This document shows positions 9,591 through 19,558 of a stretch of 64,000 nt of DNA, one piece after another (position 1 is the first letter of the stretch; each line of letters begins with the position of its first letter). A program made the position numbers and the translations under genes. The stretch is from a bacterium (GTDB lineage Bacteria > UBA10199 > 2-02-FULL-50-16 > JAJFLM01). A model generated the notes under the pieces. The model had not been told where the DNA came from, made no database searches, and saw only the letters and a program-made list of their open reading frames with translations. The stretch spans positions 192,001 through 256,000 of the forward strand of contig CBDCFN010000015.1 in NCBI GenBank assembly GCA_965216315.1, read 5' to 3'.

Positions 9591-10691
9591 TTATCGCGTT
9601 CCTATGGCTATTATTGTAGCTTGATTAGGTAATTTGCCATCTGATCCATCACTACAGCGACTGTCTGCACATATGTTCAATCTGAAAGTTCCATCGATGA
9701 AAACAGTAACCCTTTCCGTGCCACCCCCGTCGCCTTCATATTGACTCAAAGAAGGTACAAATGTCACAGCTGATCCACAGTCTGAAACACCGAATCCACT
9801 AGGTATATATATTAAAGAGCAAACGTTTGTTCCGTGCACAACATTTTGGCTAACTCTGAATCCAATCCCCGAATACCCAGCCCCTTTAATCGATCCATCC
9901 GAATTAAGTGCTGAATTTGAATCATTAAGATCAACTCCATCTACAAAACCAACATTTGTGATGTTATTGCCTCCCATGCTTAGATTGCCACTCATAGTGT
10001 CGCCACCAACGTTGACATAGGCTGAATCATGATTATGACCTGCGGTTGCAGCTCCTACCTGGGCTGCGGTGACGTTGTGCGGATTGGACGTATCACTTGT
10101 ATGACTACTTAGTTCTGTATCCATAGTAACTTCAGGAGGTAATTGAGTCACATCCAGCACACCCGTCAGTTGAGAAATACTAATATTCTCCAAATGCTCG
10201 ACCGTAATCGCGCCATTCTCAATACTAGTCGCGGTAATAGCCCCCTCTGCCACGGTTAATGCCTGTTGGGCATAAAAGGCATATGGCACCGAGGTCAGCT
10301 CTAATTGATCTAACGTAGTGACATTCTTAACCGTGACTTCGAGAAAAAGCGGGTTCGCCGGATTAAAATCAGTAAATATCAGCCCCCCCGTTGGAACGGC
10401 AGGATTGGAATTCGGGACAATACCGGAACCCAGGAGCACATTGATCATTCCATCAAAAATTTGCACCGCGGGCTGTTCTTCGGCATAGAGTTCCGTTCCC
10501 TGATCATCGAGGATACGAAACAGAATATCAGCACTATCATCTTCGATGACATTCCCGCCATCATCGAAAATAACCGACTGAAAGGTAATCACATTAGGGA
10601 CCGACTGGGCCTGCCCTATAACTGACACCAGCATCACTGCTAATATCAGAATAGATCCAAATAATTTTCTCTGTATTTTATACAGGCCCAT
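9591..10691 (-). CDS. Secreted tail-fibre-like adhesin
   Basis: Signal peptide; QSVPNVITFQ..LFLEVTV..LTSVPYAFYA N-domain; fibre-type repeats HTSDTSNPHNVTAAQVG, HNHDSAYVN, GDTMSGNLSMGGNNITNV. Confidence 0.65.
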   Translation of the reverse strand: MGLYKIQRKLFGSILILAVMLVSVIGQAQSVPNVITFQSVIFDDGGNVIEDDSADILFRILDDQGTELYAEEQPAVQIFDGMINVLLGSGIVPNSNPAVPTGGLIFTDFNPANPLFLEVTVKNVTTLDQLELTSVPYAFYAQQALTVAEGAITATSIENGAITVEHLENISISQLTGVLDVTQLPPEVTMDTELSSHTSDTSNPHNVTAAQVGAATAGHNHDSAYVNVGGDTMSGNLSMGGNNITNVGFVDGVDLNDSNSALNSDGSIKGAGYSGIGFRVSQNVVHGTNVCSLIYIPSGFGVSDCGSAVTFVPSLSQYEGDGGGTERVTVFIDGTFRLNICADSRCSDGSDGKLPNQATIIAIGTR

Positions 10692-10715
10692 ACGTTACCT
10701 CGCTTTCATTCATAA

Positions 10716-11150
10716 TTACCTTATCTTAATTTCGACCCGCCGATTCCGTGATCGGCCGCTTTCATGGCTATTACTCGCCACTGGCTTTTCTTCCCCAAAT
10801 GACAAAACAATCAGCTGTTCCGGTGCAACCCCCGCTAAAACTAAAAGTTCTTTAATAGTACGCGCACGTTTATCGCCTAAACGTAAATTGTATGCCGAAT
10901 CTCCAATCGCATCGGCATGACCCTCAAGTTGGGCAATCCAACTCGGATGCCGACGAAGATAATCTACTGTCGGACTCAGTTTGCGACGCTCTTCTGATTG
11001 GAGATTCGATTGGTCGGAAGCAAAATACAAAGATGTGAGATCACGTGGTTTTTGGACAATGGGTTCGGGAGCCTTGCGATGAGATGAAGCACAAGCAGAC
11101 ATCATCATGATCAATCCCAATCCAAAGAGTGAAAGGGCCTTAGCGTTCAT
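10716..11150 (-). CDS. Pal/OmpA-family peptidoglycan-binding lipoprotein
   Basis: Lipobox SAC; LEGHADAIG..YNLRLGDKRA; SFGEEKPV; NRRVEI. Confidence 0.9.
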   Translation of the reverse strand: MNAKALSLFGLGLIMMMSACASSHRKAPEPIVQKPRDLTSLYFASDQSNLQSEERRKLSPTVDYLRRHPSWIAQLEGHADAIGDSAYNLRLGDKRARTIKELLVLAGVAPEQLIVLSFGEEKPVASNSHESGRSRNRRVEIKIR

Positions 11151-12016
11151 TGCACACTCCTTTGCATCACACCCGGGAAATGGGCTAAATCCACATCAAA
11201 GCTATGGACTGGCACACCACCCGCGCTTACATGTGATGCCTCAATCCCCCCAAACGAAACGATCCCGATACCGGGCAAAGAACCCGGAGGGATCAAGCGA
11301 ACACTAACCTGACTTTGTTCGCCGTTATCTAAATCGCGAACCGTAAATGTATGCCGCCCCAGCGCGAGCGTATCTGGCGCCATTGTGAAGGTACCAAGGC
11401 TTATTGACGGTGAAATAACTGAATCTCCCAAGGAAACATCTAAGAGTACGTCGCTACTGCCCTCGGTGGCATCATCGATCTCAAGACGTCCCCCCGGCTC
11501 ACCGACACCGAGTAATTTAAGACGGTTTACGATAACGCGATTACCCGAACGCAAGTTCGTAAATAGTGGGACTGTGTTGAGCGACACAACGATGGGTTCG
11601 GCATTGTCTTTATCAATCGTAACATTCATGATCTGCTTGCGCCGAACCACCATTCCTTCTGAATTGAAGGCCTCGACCAAGAAAGTCCGTGCGGTACCAT
11701 CCGGAAGTTCATTAAGTTCCGTCCCGGTTGAATCAGCATCAAGATTAATGACCACGGGTTCTGCTAAATCCTCACCCGTCACGGTAACGACAAAGCGCAC
11801 GACACGTTGAATTTCGGGTAATTGCTCGACAGATAATCCAGCCGGACTGAGCGCATTTTCAATAATGAGATCGATGTTGACGTTTTCGTGGCGCGTGCAT
11901 GCAGTGCTAAGAAGAAGCAACACAGTCAATAAAATCCCCCTCAATCCCCCTTTGCAAAGGGGGAGGTGCCGGTGGTCCAAAATTACGCCCTTCTCTTTAT
12001 CAACGAAAAATGACAT
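11147..12016 (-). CDS. Hypothetical lipoprotein (Ig-like)
   Basis: LLLLLSTAC lipobox; beta-rich. Start uncertain (ATG 12016 overlaps the upstream gene end). Confidence 0.7.
   Translation of the reverse strand: MSFFVDKEKGVILDHRHLPLCKGGLRGILLTVLLLLSTACTRHENVNIDLIIENALSPAGLSVEQLPEIQRVVRFVVTVTGEDLAEPVVINLDADSTGTELNELPDGTARTFLVEAFNSEGMVVRRKQIMNVTIDKDNAEPIVVSLNTVPLFTNLRSGNRVIVNRLKLLGVGEPGGRLEIDDATEGSSDVLLDVSLGDSVISPSISLGTFTMAPDTLALGRHTFTVRDLDNGEQSQVSVRLIPPGSLPGIGIVSFGGIEASHVSAGGVPVHSFDVDLAHFPGVMQRSVQ
11931..11965. repeat. Repeat family R1 half copy, at or inside the lipoprotein 5' end
   Basis: AAAATCCCCCTCAATCCCCCTTTGCAAAGGGGGAG; translates as PLCKGGLRGIL. Confidence 0.75.
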
Positions 12017-13307
12017 TGATCGCTCCTGTCGTATTGGTTCCCGTAGCCACCATCGCTCCTGCCGTCGCTCCACCCGCCAACGCTCCCATCCCGACCCAGA
12101 ACCAAGGATTTTTAAGTAAAGAGCGGCTCTTTCCAATCAAAACAACGTCGCCATAATAAGGGGCCGCCGCTAAGCCCGCCGGATCATCCATAATGGTCTG
12201 ATCCATCTCAGCTAGGACCTGAGTTGCCAGAGTCGCGGATACTTGAGCCGACTGACGTTGAACTCTTTTGGTTGTTGCCTCTACAGGACGATGAAAGGTC
12301 GAAAGGCTTTCATCAATGATATGCGCACGCACGATGTCATTGCCTTTTTCGCGCCGCAGATCGACCAAGATCAGCTTACGCACGCGCATTGACTGTGCCG
12401 CTGCTGAGGCTGTTCCGATCAATTCTTCCAAATCATCAAACTGATCTCGATGAAAACCAACCATGTCCTTGGGATAACGGTTATTCTTCCCTTTCCAACC
12501 AAGCTTCAGTTTGACTTGTTCGGTTTGACCCGCCGTAACTGACACGGTTTCGCTTTTAGAGGTATAATTTGCCGCCTTGACCGTAACAACATGCTCACCG
12601 ACGGGGTAATTCCCAAGCTTTAAGGGCGCGGCTCCCTTATAAATCCCATTTATGTAAACATCCGCCGCCGATGGTTGAGAGCGAACTTCAATGTGCCCCG
12701 ATGGCTGTTCCTTAAGCTCACGTTTGGCCCGCTCAATGCGCTTAATGACGGATGGGGCAAAATACTTTTCATCTAATTCGACGTACGGATCATAACGAAC
12801 TAACTTACGAAAAGACTCGGTCGCATCTCGTTTGCGATGTTGGGCCAACAAGACAATTCCCTGAACGGTATAAGCTTCCTGCAGTGAACGATAATCACGT
12901 GTGAGTTGACTCGTTTGCAGACAGTTCTCGATGGCTTCATCTGTCAGCCGTTTTGCTTTGGCTAACTGCAATGCGAAATAGGCCTTCTTCGCATCGGCCA
13001 CCATTCCATGGATTGGGCTCACCTGACCCGCCTCTAAGACGGCTGACTTCTTATAATCGAGAATCGCCTTACTTTCTTCTCGAGATAGGATTTTAAGGTG
13101 ACGATATCGCGATAGTTCCTCGCGAAAACGATCGGTAATTTTGCGGGTATAGTCTGGTCGCGTCCCGCGTTGATGCAGTTCAACGACCGCTATATATTCA
13201 GGTTCATTGGCAGCTACCGTGGCCGGCACCTGTAAAATCATTGCGGCACTTAACAAAATGCTCAGCAACTTTCGAACTCGGGTTTGACGAACCTCCCTGT
13301 TGCCCAT
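12000..13307 (-). CDS. PEGA domain protein with signal peptide, TPR-like helices and C-terminal hydrophobic segment
   Basis: GHIEVRSQPSAADVYINGIYKGAAP..GEHVVTVKAANY (PEGA); C-terminal WFWVGMGALAGG. Confidence 0.85.
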   Translation of the reverse strand: MGNREVRQTRVRKLLSILLSAAMILQVPATVAANEPEYIAVVELHQRGTRPDYTRKITDRFREELSRYRHLKILSREESKAILDYKKSAVLEAGQVSPIHGMVADAKKAYFALQLAKAKRLTDEAIENCLQTSQLTRDYRSLQEAYTVQGIVLLAQHRKRDATESFRKLVRYDPYVELDEKYFAPSVIKRIERAKRELKEQPSGHIEVRSQPSAADVYINGIYKGAAPLKLGNYPVGEHVVTVKAANYTSKSETVSVTAGQTEQVKLKLGWKGKNNRYPKDMVGFHRDQFDDLEELIGTASAAAQSMRVRKLILVDLRREKGNDIVRAHIIDESLSTFHRPVEATTKRVQRQSAQVSATLATQVLAEMDQTIMDDPAGLAAAPYYGDVVLIGKSRSLLKNPWFWVGMGALAGGATAGAMVATGTNTTGAINVIFR

Positions 13308-13410
13308 TCCCCATCCCTTTCTACCGCACCCGAACTTGCCTAACATTTAATCAGCCCCCAACCCCCTGTAAACGGAAAATATTTATCCAACTCGCCACCC
13401 CAAGTTATAT

Positions 13411-13426
13411 TGCAGTCTTCGTGCCA
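13411..13426 (-). promoter_or_regulatory. Sigma54 promoter for the PEGA operon
   Basis: Minus strand TGGCACGAAGACTGCA (GG-N10-GC). Confidence 0.75.
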
Positions 13427-13524
13427 GACTGGGCGACAGATACAAATGAATAGGAATACGTTGGTATTATTGAGGATTTATTACGTCGGGCCCGAACCAG
13501 CTGATACTCATCAGGTGACGACAA

Positions 13525-13560
13525 GTTTCATTTTGAGACGGTGGGGTTTCAATTAGGTCC
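13525..13560. promoter_or_regulatory. Paired putative enhancer-binding-protein sites
   Basis: GTTTCATTTTGAGAC and GTTTCAATTAGGTCC, 21 nt apart, ~100 nt upstream of the 13426 promoter. Confidence 0.6.
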
Positions 13561-13954
13561 GTGCTTTGAGCGCCTCGATCTCTCGGTCGTGATAGGTCAG
13601 CTGCTCCGCGAGGCCATCAAATTTGCTGTCCAAACGATCAACTTTATTATCTAAACACCCAACTTTTCGGTCTAAATGCTCAACTTTATTATCCAAACAC
13701 TCAACTTTTTCTTCAAGGCTCCCAATTCTTTGCGCATTGGCTTCAATCGCCTCGCCATTCGCTGCAATGGCCCGGCTGTTATGCCGTACGGCAAGATTGA
13801 GTACTTCTATCTTTTCATCTAAGCGATTATAGCGCACATCCACCTCTTTCAGGATATCGGTCTTAAACTGTTCCTGACGCTCAATAACAAGCTGAAGCTG
13901 AGATTGCATATGTTCCAGCAGAATAAGTTGTCTCGAATCATGCGTATCTGACAT
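13553..13954 (-). CDS. Small coiled-coil protein with heptad repeats
   Basis: GGAGG SD; LEEKVEC/LDNKVEH/LDRKVGC/LDNKVDR/LDSKFDG repeats. Confidence 0.8.
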   Translation of the reverse strand: MSDTHDSRQLILLEHMQSQLQLVIERQEQFKTDILKEVDVRYNRLDEKIEVLNLAVRHNSRAIAANGEAIEANAQRIGSLEEKVECLDNKVEHLDRKVGCLDNKVDRLDSKFDGLAEQLTYHDREIEALKART

Positions 13955-14045
13955 AAGGTTCCTCCGATAACAAAGTCTTCATGACGAATAAAGACTGATT
14001 TCTAACCATTGAAATCTACAAACAAAGTTTATCGGGAAGAATTCT

Positions 14046-14061
14046 TGCAGAATCGATGCCA
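14046..14061 (-). promoter_or_regulatory. Sigma54 promoter for the coiled-coil gene
   Basis: Minus strand TGGCATCGATTCTGCA. Confidence 0.7.
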
Positions 14062-14134
14062 GTTAAATCTGCCCCTTAACTACATAAAACTCATCACTTT
14101 TTAGAGCTGCTAAATCATTGATCATTCAGGCAGG

Positions 14135-14170
14135 GTTTTATGTTGAGACGGTCGAGTTTCAATTAAATAC
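14135..14170. promoter_or_regulatory. Paired putative enhancer-binding-protein sites
   Basis: GTTTTATGTTGAGAC and GTTTCAATTAAATAC, 21 nt apart. Confidence 0.55.
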
Positions 14171-14331
14171 CCCTTAGATAACGGTCCCAAATAGAGTCCC
14201 TCCCCTGCGTAAAGCGAGGCTTGGAGGGAAGTTGCCGCCAATTTCCCCCACAATTTCAACGCCCTAGCGCCGGGGCCCAAAATCGACAAAATCCGCAACA
14301 ATTTCAGGCACATGCCGAAGATTGCCTGGAT

Positions 14332-17300
14332 TATTATGCTTGCTTTAGGCCTTCAACAATCAGCCCTCATGCAATCCGGAATGCTCCTTGCGGGCTCCGG
14401 CTTGTCCGACTTCACGGCGATCTCGGGACAGATCTCTAATGAACTGCGGCTAAACATCGACGCAACCGACGTCGCACAAAACATTACGCCCGCTGTCGAG
14501 GGACTCGTTGTTGACGAAAGTACTCCGGCTACATTGGCAACGGCCCACAGCATGTTGTCGCACATCACGCACGGACATATCCCGGTTGAGCATGGTGCAC
14601 TGGAAAATGCACTGCAAAGTGCTTCGAGTATTATTCAGTTGTTCTCAATGCAACAGAGGATGGCCGATACCTTGCCGGATAGTCTCACGCAACCACCTAG
14701 TATCATTCCAGAGAGCAGGCTGTCTCATCCAACTTCTCGTCATCTCACCGCTCGCCTGCGACGCGCGTCAACAATGTCAATGGCTCCGGTAACGCTAGAG
14801 GGACAAGAGAACGTCAGTCATTGTGCGGTCTGTGAATCCGCCAACGATATCAGTCATCAGTTCTGTAAAGACTGCGGTTTTCCCATGATGGAGGTCGAGG
14901 AGATCTCGCCACAAAAGATCGACGGAACGATGATTTTTGGGGACCTTAGTGGTTTCTCCAGTTACGTTGAAAAGACGACGGAGGATGTGCTCTTTCCAAC
15001 GATCAATGAGATCCAGGCCGGTCTCGCCGCCCAGGTCTTGAGTATGGGCGGTTACGTCATCGGTTATTGGGGCGATGCGATCTTCGCCGTTTTCGGCATG
15101 GACAAACATCGTGAGGATGATGCCGAACGGGCCGTGCGTTGTGCCCTGCGAATGCAGCAGTTCATGCAACAAAGAAACGCAGGCCTAGCGGAAGAAAACC
15201 AGATCCATTTAAGACTCGGCATTAATACGGGGCGCGTCTCCAAAGGTATTATGGGTGGGGCCGGCCGCAAGATACTCACGGTACTTGGCAACCAGGTCAA
15301 TATTGCCGCGCGTTTGGAACCCCTGGCCAAGCCAGGTGGAATAGTAATTAGCCGTGCAACGATGTTGCGCACGAGTCATGCGTTTGAGGAAAATTATGAA
15401 GGTCTGACTCAGGTCAAGAACATCATAGAACCCGTTGAATATTATGAGGTCACCGGAGAAAAACCCGGTGCCATTGTCGGGACAAGACGCGGAGAAGAAG
15501 TCCAGTTTATGGGTCGCACGACCGAACTCGTCGAATTAGAGGCACGGCATAAATTAGTCACGGATCTGAAGAAGCCGCATTTTACTCTGATTGAAGGTGG
15601 GGCCGGGATGGGAAAGAGTCGCCTCGTCGAAGAGTTCCTCGCTACCTTGCCTAGCGTGAAAGGCCATTCTTTGATTGCCGCACGGGGTGAAAACCTCCCG
15701 GCCTTGCGGCCCTATCGCGTCATGATCAATGCACTCCGCCGCCTCGCTAATATTGATGATACTGACGAACTTGAAGATGCGCGCGAAAAGCTTCGTACCT
15801 TAGTTCGCCTCGCGCTCGGCACGTCAGACGAGCTTGAATTTATTGAGCAAGTCTTAGGCAACTTGATTGGGCTCTCTTACGAAGAAATGCACCCCCGCAT
15901 GGAGGTACTTGTTAGCGATGCTAAGGCCTTGCGTGATGAAACCTTCGAGGCTTTAATTGCGCTGTTTGAAGGGCTCAGCCGTAATCAAAATATTATTCTT
16001 CTCCTTGAGGACCTCCATTGGTTCGATCCCGGCACGGAGAGTCTGATTCGTTCAATGATGGATCGACTCGAAGATCGTGCCATCCACGTTATTGGCCTCG
16101 CGCGCCCTCGGTATCGTTCCGGCAACCCGGAACTCCTGACCGGAGAGTATAGCGTCGATCGTATCATCCTCGATCGCATGGATGAAACCACCTTAATAGA
16201 GATGTTCGACCAGATTAGTCGCACCCCCCTCGATGACGAGGAGCGTTCCTTTGTCCTCGACGAATCGGGCGGCAGTCCCTTCATGGTGCAGGAAATCGCC
16301 CGCGGGATTCGCGATGACTGGAAGATCGTCAAGGACGAAACCACAGGCCGGATGGGCTTCCAATCCCCGGATGGGAAGTCCGTCACGATGGGGGCCGAAG
16401 CGTTGCTGCTCGCACGCGTCGATGGCTTGCCGCCGGATGAACGTGAAATCCTCGAGGCCGCGGCGGTCGTCGGCGGGACCTTTACCTATCGCGATTTGGA
16501 ACCGATACTTGGCGGTTATGACGAGCACTCCCTCGAAAATCTCGCCGGTGCACAGTTATTGCTCCGCGTTGGTGAGGGCGAGTATCAATTCTACCATGCT
16601 ATGTTACGCGATGCTGTATATAACAAGATCGGTCAGCGAGTTGCGAAAATGCATCGCTTAATCGCACAAGGAATGCTTGCTTGTAATTCAAATGATCTCC
16701 CGGCCATAGCATCACATTTTGAAAGAGGAAATCGGGATATTAAAGCCGCTAGATTCTATTATAAAGCAGCTAAGAAAGCCTATTTGAGAGAAGGTGAAAA
16801 CGAATCTGCAATAAAATTTTACACCACAGTTTACGGTCTCTCAGTTGCGGAAAGGCCAGAACTGGCTCTAAAAGCGCTGATCGGTTTAAGCGAAGTGTCG
16901 CTATCATACAGCAGATATAATGAAGCCCTAGAGTACATATTAAAAGGACAAGATCTATTAGATCGCGAGGATATAAGTACAGAAGTTATTGGAAAGTACT
17001 ATTATCAGTATGCTACTGTATTATTAAACAGGCGAGATGAAAAAAATTATGCTGATACTGCGATAGATGTAGCGAAAGATGGATTGAAGCTATTTACACC
17101 TAGCGAACAGTCACTCAGTAAAGCCTGGCTCCTACACTTTATCGGTCGAACTTATACTTACGAGCAGCAAAAATACGCTCTTGGAGAAAAATACACGAAG
17201 GCTGCTCTACAGTTAGCCCTTTCTGTTGGTGATGATGAAATCATTGCCGAGTGCCACGTAGATCTAGTAGTTTTAGCAATGCAACATAGTGATTATGTAA

Positions 17301-18721
17301 CGGCACTTCATCATATTGAAAAAGCGATTCCGCTTGTTAGCACGCCTGATCTTGCTAGACGACGCATGAAAGCTATCGGAAGTAAGGCCGGAATACTCAT
17401 CAACTTAGGGAAATATGACGAAGCGTTGGAATTATACTTAGAAACTGAAAAACTATCTAAAGAACGATTCAAATCCGATTCACTCGCCGAGATTCTATCA
17501 AATTTAGCAATGACTGCGTATCGCTTACATGATCCTCGCGCTAAAGAATTTATGCTACGAGCAAGTGAATTATATATGAAACAGCCGGTAAGATTTTTTA
17601 CGGGTGTTAACTATTTGTATGCTTCTTTAATATACATGGCCGAAGGCAATTTAGATAAAGCACATCAAGCAGCTAACGATTCACTAGGTGTGGCATACAA
17701 ATACGGCAATAATGATAAACTCGCGTCCATGGCATATATGGCAAGAGCGCAGGTATACTTGAGAATGGGAAATTATGCTGATGCACTCGAAGATAGCACA
17801 AAAGCCTATCAGATATTGAAAAAATACAACATGGCGATAGAGGAGTATGACTTGGAGATCATGCTGACACACAGCCGCGTTCTTCATGCCAATGGTCAAG
17901 TTGATGATGGCTGGCATGTTATTGATGCTACAAAAAAAGAACTCAACGAGAGAGCAAAGAAGCTCAGTGACGAAGATCTAAAAGACAGTTTCTTGAACAA
18001 CGTTGAGGTAAACCAAACTATCATACAGTGGTGGGAAACCCTCCGACGAGCATCATCGGCCGATGATCAGGGAGCTTTTGAACGCATCATTGCGCCACAC
18101 CTTCCTTTTCATGTACCCACTGAATTGCCACCGGATATGGCGCGCTACGCCAATCAAGATCCCGGTCGCGTCAGTGGGGATAGTAAATACAACGGCGGAG
18201 CAATTGCGGGTGTGATCTTGAATATCCCTATTGTCGACGCCGTCCGGGGCGTCATGGAAGAGGACATAGAAGAAATCCCCGAAAACCTCGGGAAGCCGGG
18301 CTCGCTCTGGTATGATTACTTATCCGCCCAGGGAATCAGTTGGAAAACGATGAAGCAGGATGGCAAGCCCGCCGCGCTGGTTACCTTTAAACTCGGCCAC
18401 CGCAAGAGAATCGTCGGCCCCGTGCTCAAGGCCATCGAAGCACTTGGTTTTGCGACGAATTATGAGATCAAGCTTGTCGATGACCTGGAGAAGGACGGTG
18501 AAGTCCTGCGCATGACCATGAAAGTCGATCCGGACGAGAGCAACGTCAGTCCCTCGCAGTTCGGCCCGCTTGAATTCAGTTTTGCGATGCTAGGACCAAA
18601 CCGTAGCCTTATCACACTCCATATGAAAGACACAGACTTTACCCAGCATCCCCGGGTGGTCCTACTCGCCTTTGCTAGAATACTACTGCGAAAGGCTAAC
18701 GAATCCCCTCAATCTGAGTAG
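14332..18721 (+). CDS. Zn ribbon, class III nucleotide cyclase, STAND-type AAA ATPase and TPR protein
   Basis: CAVC..FCKDCG; IFGDLSGFS, WGDAIFAVFG, RLGINTG, VNIAARLE; Walker A GGAGMGKS; Walker B LLLEDLHW; GGSPF; FYHAMLRDAVY; TPR-like repeats. Start uncertain; the ATG of MPKIAW reads at 14332 in the sequence. Confidence 0.88.
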
Positions 18722-19124
18722 AATTGAGACGAAGTTTTTCTGTCGTCACGGTATCCGTCGATAGAACTCCCGAATATTTACTGACCAGACTGTTCGTTTG
18801 ACGAGTATTGAGATCGATCGAACTCCACTTGCCATCCGTGTTGCGCAGATAGGCCCGATCGTTCCAGATAAACATGAATTTACTGCCTTCAGAAAATTGA
18901 ATCATCTTACTATCGCTGAACAGCAAACGACCTTTATTATTATCCAGGTGAATCGTGATGCCATCACCCGTCGTGGCATTGAGGCGTTCCGACGTGAACG
19001 AATCTAAATTATTACCCAAGTCACCAAAGCCACTTTTTGAGAGCCATTGCATGGCTAAGGCATTTTGTGAACTGATCATCGTAACAACCAGGGCTACCAA
19101 TAGGCTACGAACTACTTTCTTCAT
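18696..19124 (-). CDS. Hypothetical secreted protein
   Basis: Signal peptide MKKVVRSLLVALVVTMISSQNALA; GGGGGAG SD. Confidence 0.7.
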   Translation of the reverse strand: MKKVVRSLLVALVVTMISSQNALAMQWLSKSGFGDLGNNLDSFTSERLNATTGDGITIHLDNNKGRLLFSDSKMIQFSEGSKFMFIWNDRAYLRNTDGKWSSIDLNTRQTNSLVSKYSGVLSTDTVTTEKLRLNSTQIEGIR

Positions 19125-19180
19125 TTTAACACTCCCCCGAGTATTTAGTGACTAATCGTTAGTTTACGCCTGCAATTCGA

Positions 19181-19196
19181 TGCAATGGGGATGCCA
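19181..19196 (-). promoter_or_regulatory. Sigma54 promoter for the 19124 gene
   Basis: Minus strand TGGCATCCCCATTGCA. Confidence 0.7.
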
Positions 19197-19518
19197 GATA
19201 ATCCACAATTGTGGATAAACTTATATTCTCCTTATATATCAGTTAGTTATCATTATTTTTGGCTGGGTAAATTATACATCTTTTGGGCGGGGATTTCCTC
19301 TCAAAATGATAAAAATTATCATAATGATAAGGATTTGTGCACTTTTCTGACACCTCTAAGGTGGCGAAATCTTGTCCATTTTGGGCGAAATCCGTGTCGG
19401 ATTTGGGTGCGATTAGGGGGTCTTATCAGAGACGCCGCCGGAGCTGGCGAGTGGGATTTTACCCTGAGATAAGAGTCCGCAGATTGGGGAGCGGACCCCG
19501 CAAATTTCCGGAAAACGG

Positions 19519-19543
19519 TTGGCACGCTTGCAAGACGTGCCAA
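19519..19543. terminator. Inverted repeat, probable terminator for the 1530-aa gene
   Basis: TTGGCACG-CTTGCAAGA-CGTGCCAA, 15 nt past the stop at 19559. Confidence 0.5.
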
Positions 19544-19558
19544 CAATGAGCGTTGGTC

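Noticed and set aside
13625..13720. 21-nt tandem repeats resembling an array
   Set aside because: They are coding heptad repeats of the coiled-coil gene with no spacers; not CRISPR.
19421..19475. SAM-I riboswitch look-alike (TCTTATCAGAG...GATAAGAG)
   Set aside because: Only the P1-like ends match. The interior is too short, lacks the GCAACC and pseudoknot elements, and no sulfur or methionine gene follows on that strand.
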